From: Cladosporium halotolerans
Taxonomy: Eukaryota
Length of the DNA stretch: 64,000 nt
Assembly: GCF_011745625.1 (NCBI RefSeq)
Contig: NW_027191461.1
Span: 372,001 to 436,000, forward strand
Direction of reading: 5' to 3'
Below the pieces are notes generated by a model. The model was not told the DNA's origin. It saw only the letters and a program-made list of their open reading frames with translations, and ran no database searches. This document shows, piece after piece, positions 22,107 to 34,943 of this stretch (positions are counted from its first letter, which is position 1; every line of letters begins with the position of its first letter). Made by a program: the position numbers and the translations under genes.

Positions 22107-24053
22107 CTAAAGACCCGAATCGTCCATCTCATAAGGCCTGTTTGGATTCGCAGGCACATCCCAGTACTCTCGCCAACTGTCGCAGTTGCTGTTGAAGTCC
22201 GACAAATCGCCTAGCGTATCGAGGATCTCATCCTTACGCTCAAGGAACTGCCAGCTGAGGCCTTGGCCGACGTGCCATGGGATGTGGCAATGAACAAGCC
22301 CTACCATACTAGATTAGCCTCACATGTTCCGCCAAGATGGAGGCCTTCTGCAACTTACATGCACCGGGGTTGTCCGCCGGAAAGCCCATGATCAACCATC
22401 CTCCAGCTGGAAGCAAGGCTGTATCGCGGCGAGGTGGGTTGTTGAACTTTAACTCGGTGGTACTACCGTCCCAGACACCTGAGCCCTGGCCGATGACATA
22501 GTAATCTGCGACAGTGTCAGTCTTTATGTGCACTAACAGAAAGAGAGATCATCGTAGATTGAATTGGAACGGTTTTGAGGCAGGCTTACCATGGCCCTGT
22601 ATGCGATATTAGTATTGCTTGTGGACTGAGCTGGGGCCATGAAACTTACATGAAGATGCATTGGATGCGGCAAGTTGACAGGATCGCCCTGCACGGTTTG
22701 CACGAGCCAGAACGTCCAGGCGTCTTTCTCATTGATTTCAAAGACATTCATCTTGCTCTCGAATGTGTAATTGCTGTCTTGCACGTATTCGAGCGTAGGC
22801 TTGCTCCAGTCAACACGAATGTCCGATCCATTGATCAGCCATTGGATCAAGGGGCCGTTGACCGTGGATACGTTGAAATCCATGGTGAAGCGCTTTATGG
22901 CTTCGTTGAATTTGTCTTGTGGGACTTGGTTCGGGGCGTAAGGGGCTACGCTCTCATCGAAGCAAGCTATAGACTTTGTGATCGTGTTTTGACTCGTCGG
23001 TTCTTCGTCCGGTGCACCTTCGTAGCGGATGATTGACTTAATGTTAGTAGGGTTTCGGTTACGTCCGCAGTTGGTAGCAACATCCGCACGCAGCCAGTAG
23101 TTGCCCACAGCCTGGTTGGCATTGATGATGATGTCGTAGCGCTGGCCGATGTTGATCGAGATTGAATTGGTGACGTAGGGCTTGATAGGGACGAAGTCCG
23201 AAGTGATGACGGTGAAGTTATGGCCGTCAATAGACACGTGGAAGTTGTTGTCGATGCCGGTATTGATGAGACGCAGACGATGCTTCTTGCCCTTCTTTAC
23301 GGTTGCGACGTGGTACTTGCCACCAAACTCGCCCTTCATTGTGCCATTGATGAGACCAGTATCGGCAACGGGTGGTCCAGTAGTACTGTGCAGGGCACGG
23401 ACGTTGAGTGCAAAGACGGTCTCATGGAACCAATCGGTCAGAGTCATAGGTCCCAAATCGTGGTCATAGTTGGCAGACGCTGGTCCGTGGATAACGAGTG
23501 CGCCGACGATACCGTCTCCATACTGTGCAGAGAAGTGCGAGTGATACCAGCTGGTTCCATGCTGAGTGCATCTAAACCTATACTGCACAGTGCCTCCAGG
23601 CGGGATGGGACATTCTGTCACGCCGTTCACGCCGTCGTGCTGACAGCTGTTGAGCATTCGAACGCCGTGCCAATGCATCGAAGTACCATTGTGCTGAAGG
23701 CTGTTCTTCACATTGACAACCATTGTGTCACCCCAGTTGGCTTCCAGAGTGGGGCCGGGATACTGTCCGTTGATTGCCATGACCAATCTTTCGAAGCCAT
23801 CCGGAGCCATTGTCGTATTCGTGATTTCCAAGTCGTAAACCCGTTCGCGACCATTGGGAGGGACCTTGTTGTCAAAATCTGTAGCAATGCTGTAACCAGA
23901 CTGCCAACAGGCTCTGGAGAACGGACCATTCCTGCAAGCCGAATCCGCGGTTTGTCTGGACTCAAGAGCAAAAGGGTTCGGAGCAGCAGATACGAGGCTG
24001 CTCAACGCCACAAAGACGGCGCTGCCAAAGCGGCAGGCATGAGAGAACTTCAT
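22107..24053 (-). CDS. Laccase (multicopper oxidase, AA1); introns 22597-22649, 22506-22589 and 22301-22358
   Basis: Signal peptide MKFSHACRFG..; copper motifs HWHG, WYHSHF, HPMHLHGH, HCHIPWHVGQGL; C-terminal DSGL typical of ascomycete laccases. Confidence 0.95.
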
Positions 24054-26037
24054 GGTGGGATATTGAACGACAAGAAGAAAAGAGATCGCTGCGTAGGACT
24101 GGGAGATGGAAGTCTTCAAACATGATATGTCCAAAGTCATATATGGAACACACACACCGGCTCGTACGATGGATGCCACCGTATTCCGTGCACTAACATG
24201 CTAGACTGCTTCTCTCGGCGATGGATGCTCCTCAGCTGCAGCGGGTGGACGTCCATCGTGTCCGAGCTCGTCTACAATTACGAGCACAATTGCCTGCTAT
24301 CAACGTTTGCTTTCGCGCAGGCCGTTGGAGGTCTTGGTGTACTTGCCATAACGGGGAGACAGTAGCCGTCAAGTCCACAATTAGAGCCTTGGACGCGCCT
24401 TGGCTATAGACGCAAAGCGTCGGTAATTGGAGCTTGCGGGTGAAGACGATTCGGTGCCCACAGCGGCTGTGTGGTTTGCGGCTCAACTCAAAGCACGCCT
24501 GGGCAGGAACTGCGGAGTTCCGGTCCTGGGCGAAGTCTTGGTGCCATGAAGTTGGTATTTCTGTCGCGTGAACAAGCCGCCCTTCCCGCGCGATAACATC
24601 TCAGCCACGTGCCGAATAGGTGGTTTCGTGGCATAGGAGAACCTGTACAACGACAGATCCGGGCTGTCGGAAAGTGATGGGCGCTGAGGACCGCACCTGG
24701 CCGAACATCTGGACTCCTCAGCCGGCTTGGCAAGATCGCATTGTGGATAGGAGCGCGAGTCGTCCAAGCCTGGGTACATACGCTGACTACACCAGCTTGA
24801 GGTGACCGGTGACCATACTGGACTTCCGGTGCTAGGTCAAGTAAAGTTCAGCCTTTTTTTGGAGGCAGCTGAAGTGGAAAAAGTCCTTCGCATCGAAAGA
24901 ACGGCCATAACTCAAGTTCTCACTTGACGGGAAGGTCGCAAAGCTCTATCCGACGTGATAACCTGCAAGTGCGCCACATGCATAGCCAGGACGCGCCCGT
25001 GAGCTGGCGATAGTCGACTTCAAGCTATGGAGATGGAGTTTCGATGGCGGTTGTGGAGCTTGGGGAATAGCGCGATGGATCTGCATGCAATAGGAGAGAA
25101 TTGGCATGAGATAAATATAACAGTCCGTTCCTTGGCTTACGGCTATGCCTACAACATCTCGTAACGCTTTCAGACCTTTCGCTTCATCCATGCCCCAAGC
25201 TTGAATATGGCTGCCGCCACCGGTGAGCATTCGCTTCCTAACTTCTGGGTTCTCAGGCCGCCTAACAGCTGGATCCTCACAGAACGCACCTCCCCTTGGC
25301 GACGCTAGGTCTAATCCTTTAAGTGAGAGCATACCGATTTGCGATACGAGTTGCCGCCTCGTATGACAGGAACAGAAAAGTGATTGGACATGCATCAAGC
25401 CACGCGGTTAGTTCTATGGACTCCCCGACAAGAAAATGTTAGCACGCGTCAATCAATACCTTGCCGTCTCTGAAGGGTGTTTTCGTCTGAGGTACTCTGG
25501 GCATCATTGCTATCCTTACTCTGATGTGACGAACAATATCTGCTACCAATCCCCATGCATGATGCCTTGCTTACCCCGACACTCTGGCCTAGAAAGACCC
25601 GCAGCTACAAATCCACCTTCCACGACATGCTATTCGCCGCTGCGTGGTTTTGATCTTGGGCCAATGTTTAACTCCGATGTCGCATGCAATGCTGGCTAGC
25701 GCATATAACCAAGAGCATCAAATCTTCATACCATCAACAATTACTCGTCACTAATGGGTGCAGCGGTGCGTGCTTAGTCATGCGCGACTGCTTGCAAGGA
25801 GGCCCTGAACCGGCGTACGCTCTCGAATCTCGTGCCTCATCATGGCACCACTCAGCGTTCGATCAATGGTAAGGGCGATGTGCGTAATCACGTCTCTTGC
25901 TGATTAGCTTCTCGGAAGGAGAGTACTATTTTCTCTCGCCCTCCAAAGGCTTATACTCCTGCTCCTGGAGTTTTTGCCATCCATGGCCCTCTACTGTTCG
26001 TGCCTTTGAAGTCTTTCTCATGATCGCAGCAGCAACG

Positions 26038-27304
26038 ATGTTGTGCCAAATTTTGTCAGCCTTCGTCGGCATATTCGTTGGTGTATCTTCGGCAGCAGTC
26101 CTAGGGAATCAAGTCTCCCGGAACGATGCGACGCAAATAGTGAGACGGCAGATGGATCCCAACTCTGTCTGCACTACATACGGCGTGGATTTTGAGGACG
26201 GCGGATCTTATTTCATCGACACCAATTCCAACGCCAGCTTCACCTTCGTCTCCAAGTTTGAAGGGTGCAACAACGATACCGCTAGCTTGCAGTTGGTTAA
26301 CCAAGACACGAGCGACCAATACGATTGCGGCGAAGTGCCAACGGTGCCGAACAACGCTTCTCAAACAGCAAGATGCCAGATTCGCAAAGATCAGTTGGTG
26401 TCCGGCAAATACTTGATCATCGCCATCGGCAACAATGGAAACGGACAGCCCTTTGCTTCCCAGAGGCAATTCACCATCGAAGTTGGAGCGCAGAAGACAA
26501 CCACATTCCGCCCCACGGCAACCATTACGACTACTCCTGTTGTGACAAAGACTTGTAAGTGGCGCTCAAATTCGGTCTCGCACTTGCTCTGACATTTATG
26601 CAGCGATATCATATTTCAACACGACCGTCACAGCGCCTAACAACCTGACGACCACCGAACCTGGGCAGACTCAAACCACCAGGATAACTCCCGGTGAGGT
26701 TTACATCACGACGACTCAAACAATTGCTCAAACCTACCACCGCTCGAACGACTCCACTTCAACCACAACGATCACCGTCACACCAACCTGTCGCCTTCCA
26801 ACGCACTCGCAGCGCCCGTATTCAATGCACAGATATCGGCCGAAATCAAGAGAGCAACCCTGGATTTCCAGTGTGCACAACCCCGGAGGCCCAGGACGTA
26901 TTGTTATTAGCAAGCGCTCGGCGCAACCCGGGCCTTCCAGTGTACATAATCCTGGAGGTCCAGGACGTATCGTCATAAGCAAGCGCTCGCCAGACTCGCG
27001 TATCACAACCGTCACCGCGTCCGGCAACGACACTGTGACCGTCACGGCTCGGGCTTCAACTCAAACGACCGTGGTCGCCACCACCAACACAATTCCGATC
27101 ACGGCGCCGCCGAAGACCGTGAACGGAAACAATATCACGCAGACGGTGACGGAGCCGGCACCAACGAAGATGATAACTGAATTCGTCTACAGCCAGAAGT
27201 ACGTCCTCGAGGCGCTTGGAGTGGTTTGCACCAGCACGGTGACTTCGACGCCTGCTGCTGAAGCGACGGAGTGCCAGAGGAAAGGAGGGCATCTTGAGTT
27301 CTGA
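26038..27304 (+). CDS. Secreted Cys-containing, Thr-rich protein with Kex2 sites; intron 26555-26603 (alternative start 26020)
   Basis: Hydrophobic signal peptide, pro-region ending VRR, 4-Cys N-terminal domain; GTAAGT..CTGAC..CAG intron joins it in frame to the 26825-27304 ORF. Confidence 0.85.
26852..26989 (+). repeat. In-frame 69-bp coding tandem repeat (2 copies) encoding xQPxxSSVHNPGGPGRIVISKRS
   Basis: Core copies start at 26867 and 26936. Confidence 0.92.
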
Positions 27305-27584
27305 TGTCAGGCAAACTGCTTCTCCAACGAGGCCTGGAAAAGTGGATCTTGCAAGAATCTTTGGTTATTAGACAGCTAATGCTACATGATATTTCTCAAG
27401 AACACAAAGAAAATTTTATACACTTCGCTTGCTAGAACGCAACAAAAAAGGCAAATCAAAACTCCACTTTTCTCACCGAGAGCCGCAAGGCCTCCGCCCG
27501 ACTGCAATTTGACCACAACGTAGCTCTCTCGAATTAACGCAGGCTTCTGCAGCTCCGACGTTCTTGATTTCCTTTTTGATTAGA

Positions 27585-29169
27585 TTACACGGAAGGCTCC
27601 AAACCTTCCTTCTTCCGCTTCTCCATCAGTCGTTCTGAGACACCAATGATGTTGCCCGAAGGCAGCTTGGCCCTCAAACCATCATCCCTAGGATCATCCG
27701 AACCGAAGTGGAACGGATACGTGCCTTCGGCATCGGTCTGAAGAGTCGGAGGGTGTACCCACCATTGCTCTTTGACAGGATGGCCTTCGGGGCTGATGTA
27801 CTCCTTGTCGTCGCCGTCGGTGCCAGTAAACTTTCTTGCGGAGAATTGTCCGCGTGCAGCGGCCTGTTGTGTCGCCGGCGTGCTGTTTGACACCATCTCC
27901 GCGATCGCCCAGTTGGTCTTGTCTCGCGTGCGACCCGGCAAGTCTTCTTCCGCGACTTCCACGTAGCCATCTTGGATTGGAACGAAGTGGCGCGCCGGCT
28001 TGACCTCGATATCCTTGATCGGCAGAATGCGATGGTAGACATGGTGCTCGTGCGTCTCACGCGTAATCATCTCTTCCCTGATTTCATGTCTGTCCTCTCT
28101 TATCGTCTCGTGTGTGACTGGTGGCGCATATTGCTCGTGCAGAGACACCGTCTCTGGTTTCTTTTGCACGTCAACACCATTGAGGTCGAATGGACCTGGC
28201 GTGTGCGGGGGAGTAGAATCCGCGAGGGCTGAATTAGTATCAAGAGTTTTCCTTTGATTTGTATCCATCGCTGTTGCCGATGGTGCAGGTGGCAGTGGTT
28301 TGTCAAGACTGACTTTTCGATTGTCAAACCACGCATCCATAGGCGCACTCCCGAAAGCATAGTCATCTCTGCCTCCCTCCATAGCCAATGGTGTGAAAGT
28401 CCACGATGCTCCTCTGGGGTCCGGGACACCGTTCGTTTGCGGATCCACGGTGGTCTTGTGCAAGTTCGAATCCCGTTTTTTGACCTTCAGAGGCATCGGG
28501 GCCTGGTCTTGATCCTCCATGGCCGGATCATCGTTGCGCACGATGTTCCAGTCCGCAACATTGCCAGAATGTTGGTCAACGTGGGGAATCAGTGGCTGGC
28601 TTTTGACAGCTGATGCTGAAGTATCCTTGGACAGTGGAAGAACGGAGGATCGGTTCTGGGCTGTGATTGCAATATTTCGATCCGCGATATGCTCGCTATT
28701 CCGCCCCTCGTCTAAGCGGGTGGAAAGATTGCCGTCAGGACTAGAGTTGCCATTGGGCGATTGTAGCAAGGGACTCAGTGTGAGGTTCTGAAAACTGGAT
28801 GAAAAGTCGCGTCCGTGAGGAACTTGAGGCAGACTGAAACTCGGATCGCGAGGTGCCGCTGAAGCTGTGCTTATCGCGTTTGGTTGAGTATTTTCCGGAG
28901 AGAAATTCTCGAAATGCGGCGTGGATCTTGCTGCTTTCGATGCTGTTTCGAGGTCAGCAGATGTTTCCAATACCGTCGCGGATTCCTGTAATGTCCTTAC
29001 CTACTGTATCCTGTCGGTTACGTGGCGCACCACCAGAAGCGGATCTGCCATGGTTGCCAGAGACTTTAGGCGATCCAGTCGAAGAATTGCCCGAGGCGCT
29101 GCTATTGTTGCCCTTTGATCTGTGGAATAAGTTGAGAAATCGGCTTCTGCGACTCTCATCCAGCGCCAT
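27585..29169 (-). CDS. Hypothetical protein with C-terminal His/Glu-rich 'allergen-like' domain; intron 28943-29000
   Basis: GTAAGG..CTGAC..CAG intron joins MALDESRR.. to the 461-aa ORF; APPVTHETI..HEHHVYHRILPI motif. Confidence 0.8.
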
Positions 29170-30723
29170 TTGGGAGATAGAAGTCCAAAGTAAGAAAGAC
29201 CTGATCGCGCGACAGCAGCGCAGTGGGACTATGGATCATCAAACGGCGTGACAAATGGCAGGACAACGTCGATGAACGCCTGATGATAGCTGTCGCGTAA
29301 GGTACTCTTGTTTCGATGTATCGAAGATCCATTGTTGGTGAAATGTTCCGCCGGCTACGTCATATGCCCGTTGCTGCGTGCGAGCCGCACGAGCATAGCA
29401 GATCATGATGACAGTTGAGCCACCACAAGCTCGCGGTAGGGTCTCAGGGCGGCATATCCGAGGATCCAGAGCGCTCGAGCTCCCTGCAGGCGTGGCCTCG
29501 GTGGCGTGGCGTGGCTAGACTGAGCTCCACACTCGGTCAGGTCAGAGGTCGGGCTCTTTTGAACATGACGCACGCACATCGAGGGCAACCTCCACCACGT
29601 ACGTGTCAAGCATTACGAGCCTCCGCGGTGAGAGGTCAACAGCCACCACTACATACACGCCCAGTACTGTAGCCACGCGAGAATATACTGGTTTTCTCCT
29701 GCAACAAGCTCCCTCGTCAAGGATCGACTGCTACGAAAGCGCCGCCGACGATAGGGCTGCGGGCGGGATCATGTAGGTAGAGCCAAGACGAGATACGCGA
29801 CAGTGGTCCAGGGTAATGCTGCAAGGATCTACAATTCTCAAATCAAAACGAATGCCCGCGCGGCTCAGAATCCCTGGCGTTGAACTCTGGCCCGGCCGAA
29901 GGATGTAGCGAGCCACGCAGTGCCAGGGTACTTGCTGGTATTGTGTGCAGTGGTGGTAAACTCTGGTGGTAGACTTCGACAGACGGATGGCCGCGGGTTC
30001 GAGATCCAGATAATTGTGGCGTACATGATGCGAAAGTGTCGACTTGCCGTCATAACGTTGCGCCTCTCCTTCCTCCGTCTCTATTGCCCCTCGGCACGGC
30101 CGCCTCCCGCAACCGTGCCGTCACTCTAGCGCGAGTTTGCTTGCTTCTGCCAACGTCGACAACCAACGACTGTCTATCACTCTGTGCCGCGCGCCCTCCT
30201 CCACGGTCTCTCCCTCGGCCGCTGTGGCAGCTTCCACGCAGTATGCGCTGGCCCACCTTATGTGGCTGCTAGCTCACAAGGAAGCCACCGACGCCGTTCT
30301 GCTTCTCACCAAGTCTTATCCATCATTCCGCGGGCACGGCATCTCCCAGAACTCTCCGGTGTTCTAGAAAGTCTCGAGTCCACCGATGATGAAGTACGAG
30401 CGGCTCAGAATGACGGGATCCTTGCGAGTGCAGATCTGCTAGCCAGCTGCTTGCCTAATGATGCAGATCTGTCTCTTACCTTGACCGGCAGCTTCGGTGC
30501 TGGGTGGTGGGTACACTAGGCCTTGCTATGCTTGTGATGTGTGTCGAGGTATGACGTTGCTTGTCTCTTCATCCTAAGAGGGTTGTGTATATATTCATTC
30601 ATACCAACAATGACCCTCACTTTCCTCTATTCACTCTTCCACATCACCATCCAATCAAACGCCTGACCCCATTGATCACACAACACACCAGTTTAATCCA
30701 CTCCTACAACAAACAATTACACA

Positions 30724-31359
30724 ATGGACTCTGCCAAGGCCGCCGTCAAGGACTTTATGTCCAAGTCTGGTCACCACGACACCACTGTCCACGAGAAGGT
30801 CGCCCCTGCCGTGCAGCACGAGAGCATCGAGAGGCAGAAGCATGAGCAGTACACCTCCGCCATTGACAAGGAGGTTCACCAAGACCACTACCACACCACC
30901 GAGCAGCCTGTGGCGGACCGCGAGGTCCTTCCCGAGCAGCACCACGCCAACGTTATTCCAGTTGAGCACCGCAGCTACGAGCATGGCAGCAACGACGATG
31001 TCGAGAAGCGCCTGGCTGCCGAGAGAGCTGGCTACGTTGACACCACTGAGCGTCACGAGGGTCAGACCACCCGCGACATCAACCCTGTGATCGCTGGCGA
31101 GCACAAGCACCACCACGTCCACGAGACTATCCAGCCCGTCATCCAAAAGGAGACCATTGAGCCTCACGTCACCCACACCACCGTACCCATCCATGAGGTC
31201 CACCACAACTCCGCCCAGCACCACCAGGCCTCTGCCCTGCCCGCTGTCTCCATGGCCGAGTTCAAGCAGCAGGGTGGCTCCCTCACTGGCCGTGATGAGC
31301 GCCAGGACGGCTTCAAGGGCGAGCCCCGCTCTGCTCACTCCACCGAGCCCACTATCTAA
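30724..31359 (+). CDS. His/Glu-rich fungal 'allergen-like' protein
   Basis: 211 aa with strong codon bias, ACAATGG start context; APAVQHE..EVHQDHYHTTEQPV.DREVLPEQHH and HHHVHETIQPVIQKETIEP motifs. Confidence 0.88.
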   Translation: MDSAKAAVKDFMSKSGHHDTTVHEKVAPAVQHESIERQKHEQYTSAIDKEVHQDHYHTTEQPVADREVLPEQHHANVIPVEHRSYEHGSNDDVEKRLAAERAGYVDTTERHEGQTTRDINPVIAGEHKHHHVHETIQPVIQKETIEPHVTHTTVPIHEVHHNSAQHHQASALPAVSMAEFKQQGGSLTGRDERQDGFKGEPRSAHSTEPTI

Positions 31360-34300
31360 GCGCGTCAAGCTTTTCCGGAGTCTAATGTCTTACAACCCAC
31401 GATCCAGCCACGGCTGGTGGACCTCAAAATGTTGGAATGAGGGATGTTGTTTGGCTTAAGTAAAGGTAGTCACGACATCTCGCGCTACGAAAGATTCACG
31501 ACTTGTTTACATAATTCTTTGAATTCGAATAATGCCCTCCCAAACAATAATAACCTCCAATAAATCTTCAGCCTGCTCAAGCGCAAAGCGCACGCCCATA
31601 TAGGACTTGATTATATTTACCCCAAGGCGGCTCATGGCTTGCGCAAAGCTAAACCACTTCACTCATCGGCGGTGCATACAGGCAGTCTGTATGCACCGCC
31701 GATGTGTCGAAATTCATATGTACTGTAGGTACCTTTCAACCGCCTTCGCACCTGCGTTCTATCGCCTTCGCTCCAACAGAACATGCACATGCCAACAGCA
31801 GGTGGTACTCTATGTAACCATATTCCCTTTTGCATCTACCGCCACTTTTCAATTCAAGTCTACCAATTCGGATGCCGTGAATGCTCCACTCCAATGAGAG
31901 TCCACGTTAACCACACGCTGCATCTAATATGAACCCGTAGCACCATCTCGCTTGCAATCGATGTCCACTATAAACCCAGACCTGTACCCTGGACTGAGAC
32001 ATCATCACACGATTCGCTGCCACGCTGTGCTATGATATTTGCACTTCAACCCAAATTGTGCTTTCTCAAAGGCGTTGCAGAGCCACTTTTGGTCATGCTC
32101 GTCCACGACAGAATAGCCTTTTTGTTGTCCCGCTCTAGACCACGACATGCAGGAATGGGAGGCACAGAATGAGCATTACGCTCGCTTTGAAGAGCGTGTG
32201 CAGCGCTTGAAAGGCCCGTGAAAGCGCGTACGTAGTGAAAGATTATGGTAGACATCTCCGGGCGTAAATGAGCCTCGTGAGAATGCATTGATCAGGCGCA
32301 TAATCAGCTCATACAATCACAACCACTGCTCAGGGCAGACAGCGGTATAACGAAACGCGCGCTTGCTCAGCAGTCAGATACATTCTGTTAGCAAATTGCG
32401 AGACAATCCAAGACTACTTGACAAATCTGTTCGAAGGAACGGTCGCGTTCAAGGTTATCAAAACACGAAACGCTATGCACTCGTCTTGGAAAGCCAGAGA
32501 GTGAGAGCAAGAGCAGTTAAACCTTCAGCGGAGCCAGTTGCTCCGGGCGCGCGGCCCCGACACATGACGCTTGCGGGAAAGACATCGATGATCCAACCCA
32601 GGCTGGGAAGGTACCAAGGCACTGAAAGTCTCGATTTGCGGCTGCGACGATTCGCCCGCTTTCGGACGCCCTGCGCATGCAGATTGTGTTGCTTTCGAAA
32701 TCAATCCTTGGATGGGCTCGAGCATCGAACGTGCAACACCACGAGTACGGGGTTAAAGGGAGCATTCAATTTTGATGCTTCGAAGAAAGCGAACGGCAAA
32801 ATGCGGCTCTACAAACCCTCTGTACATAGCTCATTCGGGAGCAGACGCTCGCGAAACTTGCCCTGACGATGGCATTTTCTGAGAATGGTCTGCTCGCTAA
32901 ATTTAAGTTCCGTGATACTCGCTCAAAGCGGCAGCGGAGTGATCGGCATGCGGCGTCGGCGTGACTTTCACCAGGAAAGATCTCGTCTGGCCGGCAAGAG
33001 TCTCAAGCCTGACACCGCTTGTCAACCCTTCCGAGCTGTTTGCATGTCATCGTGGGTCAAAGTCGAGAGTGAAGACTATCAGGTGGCTTCGTGAGCTTTT
33101 CGCATTGCGACCGGCTAGTTCTGAGCAGCAATTTGCTCGGCGTCGCGTAAGATGATTGTTATGGAACGTTATCGCCTTGATATCAAGTATCGCGCTCTCT
33201 TCATGGATTTGTAAGATCAGGCAATCAGATGTCTACCATTCTGCCAGCCGACGCACACGGAAGATGAGCTCTAATTCCATGCCTCGCGAACCTGGCAGAA
33301 TGACAGCGACATGCTTCTGCTCAACATTGAGTTACAATTTAGGGAGTTACGATGAGACATAGGGAGGCAAGCAGGTTCTTATCCAACATTGCTTTTGTAG
33401 GCATGTGCGAAGAGCTATCTCCAGGCTGAGACAGCAGGACCGTCATACATGTTCGAGCAATCACTAAGGCAGGACAGTTTTTCACTAACTGAATTCTGAT
33501 CCTAATTCTGTGGGCTTTTCATTTCACTTCGTCGACGTCTTTGCGGTTTTATCCGAACGCTTGGTCTTTGTATACGTGGCGGACTCGATGATTAATTTTT
33601 GTTTGGTTGATTTTGCGGTCCATGCTCAACAGTCTTCTTGCCAATTTTTCCGACTTGTGTCTTTAGAGAGCTATGGAGCGCGACCTGCTTGGATGCAGAG
33701 ATCAAAAGCAAGGGCTAGACCCCTCCATTGGCTCTGGATCTGATGCATGCATGAAGGAATGACATTTGGCGAAAGAGCCTCTGTGCGCGCCGCGCCTCTC
33801 TCAGGTTCGCCGTCTCCAGCAGCTTCCCGCCGAAACATCGAGACAGTTATAATGTTCTACACCGAGCTGGTAACGTTCGCATATCGTCGACGTCATGGTT
33901 CAGCTTCAAAGTTCGCGGTGTGGTTGAGTAGAGCGATTGAGTGTTCACCCGCAGGAGCATTGCAATTTTGGTTTTCTTTCCGTTTTCGTGGCCCGAGTGT
34001 GTGAGCTGACTCGGAGATCAGGTCTTCTGGTTGAGCACCACGTTTTCACGTCTACTTTCGATTTTCAAGTTGATACCATCGATGTGATGCGTACGTCCGT
34101 AGTGTTTGTTGTGTGCATTGTAGACCATTGGAAATCTTCAGCGGTCTCTTTTGTGTCTTCGTCACAGTGATTTGCAAGATTCAACTGTGCACATTCAGGC
34201 AGCTCAACCCCCCACAGAGCTCGCAAATGAACAAAATCTGGACAACTAGGCCCACACGGCTTGTGCCTTCGTTCTCATAGCAGTCTTCCACTGATTCTAT

Positions 34301-34792
34301 GAGTCTTCACCAAGCTCTGGACCTCATTCTCTGTGCAGCAAATATTTTCGGTCGCAGCTCCTGCAGGTCTTGGAAGTGGACGACGATCCAGATTACAAAC
34401 GGCTATCGAAAAGATAGTTGCGCTTAGTAGAGTATGTATGGATTCTGGGCGTTCTTTATTATTTTCGACTTCGATATAGAACATGCTCAATTACTACGCT
34501 CTTGTACAATTCCAGAGGTCCATATTCAGAAATATAAAGTATCTATACACGATCATATGTGCTCGATTACTACGCTATGTACTATACTAGAAGTGCATTG
34601 TTTCTATCATACTCGGCCTCGATGAAAGACGTCGTGGTTTCCACGTGGCTTGATCACTACGCTCCTTACTATGCTATAAATGAGTATCTTCAATAGCACT
34701 CGGCGCTATCTAGGAAATGTTCGATCACTGCGTGCACTGAACATTGCCTTGATTGAATCATGACATACTGCGATCGCGTGCACTTGCCTTCT

Positions 34793-34943
34793 TCGTCTGT
34801 GGCAGAGACTGAGCAATCCATTCTAATGAGCAGCAGAAGTGCAACCTAATGTAGAAGAAGCTGTTGATCGTCTGTGGCAGAGACTGAGCAATCCACTCTA
34901 ATGAGCAGCAGAAGTGCAACCTAATGTAGAAGAAGCTGTTGAT
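34793..34943. repeat. 75-bp direct tandem duplication (2 copies, 1 mismatch)
   Basis: tcgtctgtggcagagactgagcaatcca(t/c)tc...gaagctgttga at 34793 and 34868. Confidence 0.95.

Noticed and set aside
30676..31368. 230-aa hydrophobic ORF antisense to the His-rich gene
   Set aside because: Val/Leu richness simply mirrors the CAC/GAG/ACC codons on the sense strand
34793..34943. CRISPR-like array
   Set aside because: Only two abutting copies with no spacers, in a eukaryotic context
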